A stretch of 64,000 nt of DNA, taken from assembly GCA_051294375.1 (NCBI GenBank), contig JBJCIZ010000028.1:329108-393107 (forward strand). Direction: 5' to 3'. Below the pieces are notes generated by a model. The model ran no database searches. It was not told where the DNA came from and saw only the letters and a list, made by a program, of their open reading frames with translations. Source of the stretch: Paraspadella gotoi. Its lineage: Eukaryota; Animalia; Chaetognatha. Position numbers and translations under genes: made by a program. This document shows positions 10,448 through 23,084 of the stretch, piece by piece. The first letter of the stretch is position 1. The number at the start of each line of letters is the position of its first letter.

Positions 10448-13400
10448 AAAAAACTCACTGCTTTTCGTCTTTTGCTGTAACCCTTATTTGTTTCCCTTCC
10501 GCCCTTGGAAAGGTCGACCGAAATTGGTAAGTTCGCGAAAAGGTCGAGGACAACGACGACGACGACGACGACGATGACGACGACGACGATGACGACGACG
10601 ACGACTACGAAGACGATGATAACAACGTCGAGGTTGACGGAGTCGATGACTTTCGCCAAGTTGATTTCTAATCAATCGACGCAAATGCCAAGCGCGAAGT
10701 CTAGAACGACAAACCCATTGACAATGATAAAACTACATTGATGACATTGCGAATGATGACTAAGATGACGGTGACACGGACTACGTCGATGACTACGTCA
10801 ATGACGACGGTTGCTCCGAGGACGACGACGAAAAAGACGACGAAAAAGACGACGNNNNNNNNNNNNNNNNNNNNNNNNNNNNNNNNNNNNNNNNNNNNNN
10901 NNNNNNNNNNNNNNNNNNNNNNNNNNNNNNNNNNNNNNNNNNNNNNNNNNNNNNNNNNNNNNNNNNNNNNNNNNNNNNNNNNNNNNNNNNNNNNNNNNNN
11001 NNNNNNNNNNNNNNNNNNNNNNNNNNNNNNNNNNNNNNNNNNNNNNNNNNNNNNNNNNNNNNNNNNNNNNNNNNNNNNNNNNNNNNNNNNNNNNNNNNNN
11101 NNNNNNNNNNNNNNNNNNNNNNNNNNNNNNNNNNNNNNNNNNNNNNNNNNNNNNNNNNNNNNNNNNNNNNNNNNNNNNNNNNNNNNNNNNNNNNNNNNNN
11201 NNNNNNNNNNNNNNNNNNNNNNNNNNNNNNNNNNNNNNNNNNNNNNNNNNNNNNNNNNNNNNNNNNNNNNNNNNNNNNNNNNNNNNNNNNNNNNNNNNNN
11301 NNNNNNNNNNNNNNNNNNNNNNNNNNNNNNNNNNNNNNNNNNNNNNNNNNNNNNNNNNNNNNNNNNNNNNNNNNNNNNNNNNNNNNNAAAAAGACGACGA
11401 CGACGAAGACGAAAAAGACAACGACGTTTCCTGGGATTATTAATTCGATCAATGGACGAAGTTTAATGCCTCGTTTGAAGATGAGAATGAGAGGAGGAAA
11501 GGAAAGGTGAGAGGTTTGGGGGCAGGAAAAGAAAATGAGAGGAGGAAAGGAAAGNNNNNNNNNNNNNNNNNNNNNNNNNGTTCTCTCTTGCTGTAACCCT
11601 ATTTGTTTTCCCTTCCGCCCTTGGAAAGGTCGACCGAAATTGGTAAGTTCGCGAAAAGGTCGAGGACAAGACGACGACGACGACGACGATGACGACGACG
11701 ACTGAGCGACGACGACGACTACGAAGACGATGATAACAACGTCGAGGTTGACGGAGTCGATGACTTTCGCCAAGTTGATTTCTAATCATATCGACGCAAA
11801 TGCCAAGCGCGAAGTCTAGAACGACAAACCCATTGACAATGATAAAACTACATTGATGACATTGCGAATGATGACTAAGATGACGGTGACACGGACTAGC
11901 TCGATGAACTACGTCAATGACGACGGTTGCTCCGAGGACGACAACGAACGAAAGACGACGAAAAAGACGACGACAACGACGACGACGACGACGACGAAAA
12001 GACGACGAAAAATACGACGACGACGACGACGACGAAAAGACGACGAAAAATACGACGACGACGAAAAAGATGACGACGACGAAAAAGACGACGAAAAAGA
12101 CGACGACGACGACGATGAGAAAAATACGACGACGACGACGAAAAAGACGACGAAAAATACGACGACGACGACGACGACGACGAAAAGATGACGACGACGA
12201 CGAAAAGACGACGAAAAATACAACGACGACGACGACGACGACGACGAAAAAAGATGATGACGACGACAAAAAGATGACGAAAAAACGACGCACGACGACG
12301 ATGAAAAAGACGACGAAAAAACGACGACGAAAAATACGTACGACGACGCACGACGACGACGAAAAAAGACGACGAAAAATACGACGAGACACACGACGAA
12401 AAAGATGACGACGCGACACGACGAAAAAGGACGACGAAAAAGACGACGAAAAATACGACGACGACGACGACGACGACGACGAAAAAGACGACGAAAAATA
12501 CGACAACGACGACGACGACGAAAAGATGACGACACACGAAAAAGACGACGAAAAATACGACGACGACGAAAAACGACGACGACGACGACGCACGACGAAA
12601 AAGATGAGGCGACGACGACGAAAGAACGACGCACAGCAAAACGACAGACAAGAGACCGACGACGACGAAGACGAAAAAGACAACGACCGTTTCCTGGGAT
12701 TATTAAATTCGATCAATGGACGAAGTTTAATGCCTCGTTTGAAGATGAGAATGAGAGTGAAGCGCAAAGGAAAGGTTGAGAGGTTTGGGGGCAGGAAAAG
12801 AAAATGAGAGGAGGAAAGGAAAGGTTTGAGGTTTTGGGGAGGAAAGAAATGAGAGGAGAAAGGAAAGTTAGTGGTTTGGGGGAGGAAAAGAAAATGAGAG
12901 GAGGAAAGGAAAGGTTAGAGGTTTGGGGAGGAAAGAAAATGAGAGGAGGAAAGGAAAGGTGAGAGTGTTTTGGGGGAAGGAAAAGAAAATGAGAGGAGGA
13001 AAGGAAAGGTGAGAGGAGGTGAGAGGTTTGGGGGGAGGAAAATAAAATGAGAGGAGGAAAGGAAAGGTGAGAGGTTTTGGGGGAAGAAAAAGAAAATGAG
13101 AGGAGGAAAGGAAGTTTGAGCAAAAAATGTCCGATCTGCCCACGATAATTATCGGTAATTAATAAATTAATTAATAATAAATAATTCAAGTTAAATAATT
13201 AATTAATTGATTAATTAGGTAATTAATTAATTAATTAATAAGATCCCAAATGTTTGTTTTTAGGGTCTTTTCGTCACAAACCACGACAAAAGCAATGACG
13301 ATGATGAGAATAATGCCGATAACGATTGACTTGATTGATTGACTGATTAATTAATTATTGATTAATTAATTGACTAATTGATTAACTGATTAATTATTTG

Positions 13401-14095
13401 ATTTATTAATACATCCTGTGTTTACATTTAATATAAAAGGAAAAAGAAGCATAATCAATTAGTGAAACAGGTTTTTTTTCCATTTAAACTCATTTCCACT
13501 CAAACAATTCCATCGAAACTTGATTTCCTGCTCAATCACACACTTTCCTACCCACATACAAAATTCCAGGTCAATCGCCCCATCCACTCAGAAGCAATTG
13601 TTGTTCAAATAGTGAAATATATTTTTTTTGTTTTTTCCATTTAAACTCATTTCCACTCGGACGATTCCATCGAAACTTCATATCCAGCTCAATCACACAC
13701 TTCCCTACCCACACACAAAATTTTATTCAAATCTATCCATCCAATCACGAGTAATTGGTGGTTTTTGCTAAGGTGAGACCGACGGACGGATGGACAATGT
13801 AACATAGACGCATAGAGGCATCGAGGCAAAAGGCATAGAGGCATAGAAGCATCGAGGCATCAAGGCAAAAGGCATAGAAGCATCGAGGCAAAAGGCATAG
13901 AGGCATAGAAGCATAGAGGCATCGAGGCAAAAGGCATAGAGGCATAAAAGACAAGAACCGAATGATGATGAATGAAAATTATTAGCGAGAATTAAAAGAA
14001 AAATAAAATAAAACTTTTACCGCATAAAAAGCATGAAAGAAATGTTCAATGTATCCATTATATAAGAAACACGCCCCTGCCTCTCTCCGTAACCA

Positions 14096-14182
<87 letters not shown>

Positions 14183-14744
14183 GCAAAAATTCCCCTCGTT
14201 CTGAATCACGTGACTTTCTGACATCTTCGAGCTCGGAAAATTGATCCATCGAAAATGCCAGACAGACGAAGACGTCAAAGGAACATTATTTGATCTGGGA
14301 AATAAACAAATTTGAACAAACAACGTCGTTTCTGAATGGGGTAATTTAGTATCGGAAAAAAAAACCCCAACAAATTAATGGTCCGATGTTGTTTTGTTTT
14401 TTTCATTTTAAAAACTCATTCCATCACATACGCTGTGTTGGCGATTTGTAAAAAATTTTTTTTTTTCCTCGATCAATAAGTGAATAAATAAGACTGTGAG
14501 AGAGTCTTGATTGAAAGCTTGCAGAAACCTGCTATGTTTTATCTTGTAAGTGTGATGGAGGCCTAAACCACCAAAGCTGTCCAAAGTCAGGGACAAGATA
14601 GCTTATTTATTAAATGAATAGATAATTTTTATATTGGTTGTACCAATTTCATACAACATTGATAGGGAAGCCAGGTACTCTGGGAGTGAATAAACGAGAC
14701 TGTGAGAGAGTCTTGATTGAAAGCTTGCAGGGACCTGCTATGTC

Positions 14745-16886
14745 TATGTTATCTTTAGAATTAGACAAAATTACTGTTCCCGTTGATTCCCTATTACATG
14801 GCGAAAAACATGTGATGACAATATCATATTTTTAGTATTGAACGATATTTTTGTGACATTGTTCATACAATTAAAGTAGCTGACGCTACTCTGCCACGAA
14901 CTCTTCCTATTATTCAAAAAAGCTTTTTGGAATGATGAGTTATCACATTAAAAAAAGAATCAATTGAGCTGTTTAACGTTTGGCGTAACTGTGGAAACAA
15001 ATAGTGGTTCTATCTTTAATGCAAAGTTAAAAGCTAGTACACTGTATATAAACATGCTATAAAAAAGCAAAACAAGAAGAGTCAAATTGTAACTCTGAAA
15101 AATTATACGATTTAATGAATAAAGTGTGTGTAGGGTTTTGGAACTCATGGCGTAAAATGCAGGGTAAAACACGGATATTAATATGATTGATGGGGTTATT
15201 TGATGACAATACAATTGCTAATCACTTTGCTTGAATTAATATGGTTATCAGTGGTATGATGATTTTAATGCTGAAAGTAACGAACGACTGAAATCAAATT
15301 TTGGTGAAAAATATAAAGCTTACTGTCAATCTTTAGCAGAGACATCTATTAGACCATACTTGATTTCATGGGATGAGTTTTCTAACCGCTTTTTGTAAGT
15401 TAAAAGCAGGTAAACTCACCCTCTCTTTATTACTCCAGAAACATTTGATTCATGCGTGCCCTAAATTATTAATTCATATTCACATGTTTTAATTAACAGT
15501 TTTATTCAACACGCCTATGTTTGTTCAGACTTTTTAGATGGACTACTAATTATTCAATGTGAAGATTACAGTGGTGATCTTTGTACCGTCTCTAATTACC
15601 GAGGAATAACTCTGTCATCAAGTTTTTAGTCAATTGTTTTGAGCACTGTCTCTTGTTAAAATTTGGGCATTATCTTTTTTCAGATGACTTGCAATTTGGT
15701 TATAAGAAATCTCATTCTACTCTCTCATGCAATGTTCACTCTACGAACCTGCATAGATTATTTTCATGTTCATGGTTCGGGTGTTTACAGTACATTTATG
15801 GATTGTAGCAAGGGTTTTGACAAAGTGAATCATTATGGTCTTTTTACTAGCTTATAGATCGTGGAGGCCATTATGTTTCTTAAAAAATCTTGGTATACTG
15901 GTAATAGCAACTTAAAAAGTAAATGTAGATGGAAAAGTACCATTAGTGATTCATTTGTAGTGTCTTCTGGCGTACGCCAAGGAGGAGTCCTCAGTCCTTA
16001 CTTATGGGCAGTATATGTCAACGATTTAATTTTGGAACTAAAAAAATCAGGTTATGGTTGTTACATAGGACATATTTTTGTAGCATGCATATTTTATGCA
16101 GACGATATAGCATTACTTTCACCAACGATAAGAGGTATGCAAGTCTTATTGACATTTGTGCAAAATATGCAAAGGATTTTTGTTTTACATTTAGTTTTCA
16201 AAACGAAAAGTCATGTATTTTGGGAAGTGGCAAACTACAATTCCAAATGATATACTTTTTCTCGATGGTAACTGTATCGATCTAGTTGATAAATGGACAT
16301 ATCTAGGGTTCAACCTTAGTAGTGAAAGAGACAGCTTGTTTGAGCCAAGCAAAGAATTGGTATCTTTTTTTAGATCAAGTACTGTTTGATAAATGCCTGT
16401 TAAACCTTCAGAAGGAATTTTTGATGAAATTGTATTATACTAACTGTGTTTCGGTTCTCCTTTATGGTTGTGAAGTAAAAACTTTTTTCTGTACGTAATA
16501 TGAATAGACTTAATGTTGCTGTTAAAATGATGGTGTACGAAAGATTTTTTTGGATATAATCGATGGGAAAGTGTGAGAGAACTTAGGAGTTGTTTGGATA
16601 CCACGACCTATCTACAATTTTTAATAATCGTAAGAAAACCTTTATCTCAAGATATATACAATGAAAAATACTGTTCTAGTAAACTTGTTCCATTTTTACA
16701 ACATAAGAAAATTTTTAATTGTTTAAATTTTAATTAAATTAATTTTATTTTAATTTTACACTGTTTTTTTTTTTTTCTTCTTAGTTTATGTTTTTGCTTG
16801 ACGTTAGTCTGTCTTTGTTTGTTTTGTTTGTTGATGATGATTGTAACTGAATACAACCTCGTTGTATTCGAATAAATCGCCTATAT
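14745..16886 (+). mobile_element. 5'-truncated non-LTR retrotransposon (RTE-X-like RT), frameshifted
   Basis: RT motifs NYRGITLSS, FMDCSKGFDKVNH, GVRQGGVLSP, YADD. 3' end has hairpin gaatacaac-ctc-gttgtattc then AATAAA. It interrupts ctgctatgtc|attatcttgtaag, which is contiguous at ~9901-9923. Confidence 0.9.
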
Positions 16887-17200
16887 ATTATCTTGTAAGA
16901 GTGATGGAGGCCTTAACCACAAAGCCCTGTCCCAAGTCAGGGGCAAGATAGCTTATTTATTAAATTAATAAATAATTTTTTTATTGGTTTTACCAATTTC
17001 ATTCTATTCTAGTTACTTACAAAATTTAAACTTAATTGATTCATCCAGTCATGAGTAAAAGGAGGGTAATTAATAATTATACACCACTTCATGAATTTAT
17101 TACTTCTGACCCCCAGCTTGCAATTTCTCACCGCTGAAAACGCCGCTTGGGTATTTTTTTTTAATTTTGTGATATATATCATTTAAGTAGTCTTAGTCTA

Positions 17201-17243
17201 AGTCTCTTCGGAGGCGTGGGTTCGAATCCCAACGCTGCCACCA
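17201..17243 (+). pseudogene. 3' half of mature tRNA-Leu with CCA, flanked by a 10-bp direct repeat
   Basis: agtctcttcggaggcgtgggttcgaatcccaacgctgcca+cca matches the variable arm, T arm and acceptor of animal tRNA-Leu. catttaagta at 17180-17189 and 17244-17253. Confidence 0.8.
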
Positions 17244-17974
17244 CATTTAAGTAAGTAGACAGGGATTTCAATATGGAATTTTATTATTAGAAAATAGACA
17301 AGACGGTGTCAATTTTCAGACAGAGCGAATCAAAGCAGAAACAAAGAATCTTTGACGAAGTCAGTTTCCTCTTCCGGAATCTTCCTCTTCCTCTTCTAGA
17401 ACCTTCTTTTCCTCCTCCGGAAATTGCTCTTCCTCTTCTGGATTTGGCTTCCGAAATCATTCCAGAATCTTCTTCCTCTTCCGGAATCCTCTTCCTTAAT
17501 CCTTTCCTCTGTTTCCGAGTTTCATTTATCTGTGATGATATGGTGACAATTTCATACGCACTGCTAAAAAAAACAAGTTTNNNNNNNNNNGGATTAATAC
17601 AATGTTTAATATATATTTATATTAATAAATTTTGATATGCCTTAGTAATGATAGCAGGAAGATGATTTGAAAACCGTCTCTCATTTTTAAATTTTCAATT
17701 TAAATATTAAATTTTTTTCCCGACTTTCAGTAAGCTTTTTAAAGAAATTTTAAATAAAATAATATCAATATTATTATCTTCTAAAATCCCTTCCAAATAT
17801 GAAGAAAATGATGTATTTACAAATACTGCAGTATTGAAATTAAATCCGCCCAGCCTTAATTTAATTAGAATAGTTAAAACCGGGAATCCTTTCAAAAAAT
17901 AAATAGCTGAAAGGCTTGTTTAAATCACTTTTTCTTGGGCTTTTTCATTGGCATTGTTAAGGTTCACCCCGCCA

Positions 17975-18075
17975 ATGAGCATGACACTTTCAGTTGTGAC
18001 CCGGCTCATGACCACTAGGTACCGGGTTCAATCCCAACCCGGTACCTACCCTTATGGTAGCGTGACAACTGACAA
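17975..18075 (+). mobile_element. tRNA-like/SINE-head hairpin at the end of a DINE-like copy
   Basis: B-box-like ggttcaatccc inside the inverted repeat taggtaccgggtt...aacccggtaccta. Confidence 0.35.
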
Positions 18076-18700
18076 CGGCTGTAAAGCGCCATGAATTATG
18101 ATAAAATATGCGAAAAAAATTATGTCCGTCCATCCGTCTGTCCGTCCATCCCACCTTAGCAAAAAACTCCAAATACTCGTGATTGGACGGTTGGAGTGGA
18201 ATCAAATTGGATGGTTGGAGTGGAATCAAATTGGATGGTTGGAGTGGAATCAAATTGGATGGTTGGAGAGAAAGTGCGGGTAGGAAACTGTGTGATCAAG
18301 CTGGAAGAAAAGTTTCAATGGAATCGTGCGAGTGGAAATGAGTTTAAATGGAAAAAAACATTTACACATTTACTTGAATCGTAGGAGTGGAAAAGAGTTT
18401 AAATTAGAACACCAAAAGACACATTTATTGAATTTTTTAAACTTTCTCTCTATATCTATTGATTGATTTGATTGATTGATTGATTGATTGATTGTTAATT
18501 TGGTTAAATGATTGATTGACAAATATTTTAATTTATTTATTGAGAAATCTGTTGTGGTTTAAAATTTAATGATCGAGTTAGACATTATTGTGTAATTGTG
18601 TAATTGTGTATTGTGTAATCCTTTCGTTTCGATGCTTTAGCAATTTGCAGGAATAATTTTGATTTGTTTGTGACAACGATTTGTTTTATTTCAGTTTAGA

Positions 18701-18743
18701 AACGGACATGTTTCGGCTTTGAATACAAGTCTTCATCAGCGTT
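18701..18743 (-). ncRNA. Minimal type I hammerhead ribozyme (Penelope-type)
   Basis: Minus strand AACG-CUGAUGA-agacuuguauucaaagcc-GAAAC-AU-GUC-CGUU: conserved core, GUC cleavage triplet, stem I AACG/CGUU, palindromic mini stem III (ACAUGU). Stem II is imperfect. Confidence 0.75.
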
Positions 18744-18783
18744 GACCGATTTGTGAATTATATTTCAAATTTGTGCATAAAGA

Positions 18784-18830
<47 letters not shown>

Positions 18831-18957
18831 CAGGGTGAAGTTGAAATAATACATTGTGCAATGTACAACAAATAATAGTTATAATTAGTTTTCGTATCTA
18901 CTATCCTTGCATCCTAAAATCCTTAGGTAACATCGCTTTAATAATTGGGAATCAACA

Positions 18958-19082
18958 ATCGGGAAGTTAAGATTTGGAAGTGATGATCGGGAAGTGAAGA
19001 TTTGGAAGTGATGATCGGGAAGTGAAGATTTGGAAGTGATGATCGGGAAGTGAAGATTTGGAAGTGATGATCGGGAAGTGAC
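18958..19082. repeat. 28-bp tandem repeat, about 4.5 copies
   Basis: gatcgggaagtgaagatttggaagtgat repeated. Confidence 0.95.
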
Positions 19083-20463
19083 CATTAAGGCGGAACAAAG
19101 CAAAAACTAAGAGTTCTGTAATATAAATAACGTTAGAGCATCCCTGTGGAATAACGAAATTGAAAAAAAATTTAATATTTTATTTATAGTTAATAACATA
19201 GAAGCATTTAATGCTTATCGTATTACTATAAATCATGAAATCAGAATTTTTAAAAACGGATTTGGGTAGAGCTTTAAAAAATAAATAAAAAATATTACTA
19301 CAAGATTTCAAAATTTGTATGTTTTATTAGTTAAAATTAGAAAAAACTATAAAAATTATGGTACGATGATGATGATGATGATGATTTTATAGAGTTTTTC
19401 CATTATTTATGGAAATATTGAAAAACGCATTATACTTTGTGTAGACAACTTTTTATGGGCTATCTGAATCTGTTCCTAAAAAAGAAAATTTTTACAAAAA
19501 ATATTTTTCATTGTCTATGCATTGATAAATATTTAAATGCTTCAATGTTATACCGTGCTCACTAGTTAAAAAAGTGATAGTAAATATTGATTAAGTATAT
19601 GATGGACAAATGAATTTTATATTTCAGAACTCTTAATGATAAAAAGTGATCAATTTTGGCCCATCTTAGTGACGATCTTGAATTGACATTTTTTTTATTA
19701 ATTTATTTTAAAGATAATTGTGCTGGCAAGATCACTATACTAGGAATTTTTGGTTTTATGGTCTGTTGTAATATGTGATCATCACAAATTAAAAGACTCA
19801 TCATGACTTATCATCTGGATAGCTGCTTACCGCTAAATTATCGTAGGTAGATCCGACATTGTTTGCTCAAACTAGTACTATATTTTAAAAAACAGATTTA
19901 AAATTTTAGATAATTCAATTTTAACTCACTTCATTGAACAGAGGTTGGGCAGATTAAATTTTATGTTAGAGCTATTAATATTGATATATTTTAATAATTT
20001 TTTTTTAAAGCACTGGAGGTTAAGAAAAAATTAAATTTTAAAACATTGAGTTAGAAAATGAAACCCTTTTCAAGCCAACTTTCTCCACTCATTATCATGA
20101 TCAATATGAAATTTATACACATAAATTACTTTGGTATTTTTTATCAAACTTACTTTCAAAATCCATAAAATAAGCTCTGATTTGCAAATCGCAGCATTTT
20201 TCTAGCGGCGGNNNNNNNNNNNNNNNNNNNNNNNNNGTTTAAAATCGTCCCCTGTATCGGTCGCTTTTGAACTTGGGGGCTTTTGGACCCATTTTCCTTT
20301 ACCGATTGACCTTTTCTCATTTCCCCATGAAAATTTTTTTTTTTCTCTTTTTCTTCGTCAATCAATCAATAGACACCATATTTATTCCTTACTTTCTAAA
20401 GCCACGCTTCAGTCACATCCGAATCAAGACTTCCAGATTCAACTCGAATTACCAATCGCAAGG

Positions 20464-22760
20464 ATGCAAGGCATTGAGAAAATTGGAGTTGCTCGATCAC
20501 GACGCTTCTCCTGTCGCGATTTGACGACAGATTTGAAAACATCGCCGCATCATCTCTCTATCAACGAGCCATTCTTTACTTTCATTTGGCGCTCTTATTT
20601 TTACGTGTTCTTTATTCGCATTTGCTTGATCTCGATCAGTCTACAGTTGGGGCATCATTATGAAGCACCAAGAACATTTCAGTCAACTTATGAGTACTCC
20701 CTTGCGAAGAACGTTGACCTTTCTTCTTTCACCTTGTGGATGTCCATTATTCCTGCGTTCCTTTGATTTTATCTCATAGAAAATTCCCCAAAATTTACTA
20801 GTTTTGGAATTTAAAGAAAATTTCATGTTTTAATTTAAATTGATACAAGCTTTTCTCGAGTCATTTTTGCAATTGGTTCTTCAAAATGGCATCAACAATT
20901 TTTGGAATGCATCAAGATAAACAACAAACCTGTGTCTGCCCAGCTTGGCAATCGCAACATTAATAACTTTTGGGTTTAGGTTAGTCTGAGGGGATTGGAT
21001 TTAGTTATTCAAAAAACAAATGAACAGCCTTGAAAATACTAATACAAGGTGTTTTTGCGAGAGGGACCTCACTTATGGTCGGTATTACGTTTGCAGAATG
21101 GAAGATGGACAAATTTATGGTCTCTTGTCTCTTATGGTCTTATCTTAGTACGTCATTAGGCGTGATACTTGTTCAAAGTGCGGAGGCTCTAAAAAATTAA
21201 TTTTATAGAAAAGGACTACTAAGAGTGGTAAGCGTTTTTTTGGGGAGCGTGCCAAATACTTTGGGCCTTGGACTGGCCGTATACAATGATTTTTTTAAAC
21301 ACATCTGCATTATTCTTTCATCCTTTTTGCATATTTGTTCCTTTTTTACTTTACGAGATTTCCCCATGGAACTCGCCGTACTTTGCCAAATTGATTGTGG
21401 ATAACTACCGTTTTTTCGACAATCCATCGCGAATAAAATATGATGAAGATTTCTTTTCAAAGAATTTGCGCTGTTTTTTAATTTGTTATTATTTTCACTT
21501 GCCTTGAATTTACTGTCGCCTTTGAAAATTGTATCATACTCTTCATAATCACTTTGAATAATTGGTATTTGTAATGCCAATAGTAAAATGGCATCTGGTT
21601 TTCAGCTTAATTAACCGGTAGACGTTTACATGTATAATGCTATGCATTCCGGCAGTCAAACACAACAATTTGAAGAAGTGCTGAAGAATTTATTATAGTT
21701 CTTTATATTCCCACACAATACCAGTATCATTGGAAGTCTAAACCAATGAATTTTGGTTTTTATCACGGCCAAACAATACTTTATTTTTTTCTCTAACGAT
21801 ATAAACTCATAACGATTATTTACTTTCAATTGAAGTGCGTTCTTTCATGTGATGATACACTTATAATTTAATTCCTTAAAAGAATTGTTGCTTGAAATAT
21901 TTTTTAGCCTTGGAGTCCGTGTTTTTTCTTTTTGGTTTATTATGTTTATTAAAACGCCTTCAAGGAAAAACAACGTATAGATCACCTCTCCTCCCCCTTA
22001 GTAGTTTGTAATTTTTTTCCAATTAGCGGTTGCTTTTTTATTTTTACTGCCTATAAAAAAAAATATTACTCGCGCGAAAAAGCAAAATGGTGTTACTGGA
22101 CGCTAAATTTTGTCAAATTATTTTCACCGTGCGTTCCATTTTCTTCTTCTTGACAATCAATACAGTCTCTTTTTCAATAGAAAGATTAAAAATATATTGC
22201 GCATTTGCTTAATGAATGGCTCGTAACTTGGGGCCAGTCGCTCCAGTTTACTAAAACAAGAAATTATCACGAGGTTTACTTAACATTATGTTTCCACGAA
22301 AACTATTTTTTCCTTCCTTTGTCTTTCGTTTTTCCTTTATTTAACTCGCTCTTTTGCTATCTCTCAAAAAGATCGGAATAATGAGTTTTTCAAAAGGGAT
22401 TTGTTATTCTGATGCTTTTCATTGTTTTAACTTGTCTCTACATTTTATCAAACTCGTAATGGGAAAAAGGGTTAGCGGTCGTTGATGGAGAGGATATGAG
22501 AGAAGAAGAGAGAACAGTTCATCTTCTCATATGATGCTGTTTTGATAGGTTTTTGGTTAGTGTTGGTTCAACAACTACATTGGCTACTATCAATGCTTTA
22601 ATTGGTTCATCTCTCCCAGGCAATTGAATTATTTCTGTTCCATATTTTATACAATTTTAGAAGCCAGAATGTTCAAAAAGTCACTGATTTTTGCAAACTT
22701 ACCTTGTATTGCATATTTTTAAATTTTGCGGCTCTCATTATTCTTTCTCCACTATTAAAC
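20464..22760 (+). pseudogene. Second copy of the XK-related membrane gene, indel-riddled (pseudogene or unpolished duplicate)
   Basis: Colinear with 30462-32701 throughout, within a duplication of ~19920-23250 versus ~29985-33185. Dense 1-bp indels typical of raw long reads. Confidence 0.75.
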
Positions 22761-23084
22761 ACATTAAATAATTTTTGCAAGATAATTGGAATGTTGTAAT
22801 TTTTGTCGCTTAGTACACTTAGCTCCTGATAGTATGCTAACGTTCTCATTGGCGCCTATAACAGGGATTTGTAGATATTCATTGTTGTATATATTTAAGC
22901 GTCAACAAATACAAATACAATATAATAACTGTGCGAAACATTTCACGGAGCCACCGGCCAAAGACCTAACATCTTTTCAAAGCGAGGAGAAAGAGAACGA
23001 GGTACAATTGTTATATTAGACTGGATTATTCTTAAAATACTTGGGCCGAGATTCTTTGGTTTGCACCAGGAAATTTTCTACAAT

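Larger units (their letters stand above)
6660..17385. repeat. Tandem segmental triplication of a ~3.8-kb unit (copies ~6660-10420, ~10440-11550 partial, ~11585-17385 including a LINE)
   Basis: Same order in each copy: (GAC)n/GAAAAA tract, purine minisatellite, DINE-like repeat, AGGCAT repeats, (AAT)n, Penelope-like units, tRNA-Leu fragment. May partly be uncollapsed haplotypes. Confidence 0.9.

Noticed and set aside
6474-14323. Many long ORFs of poly-S/V/R/D/I/Y/ER
   Set aside because: By-products of trinucleotide and GA microsatellites or N gaps; not called as genes.
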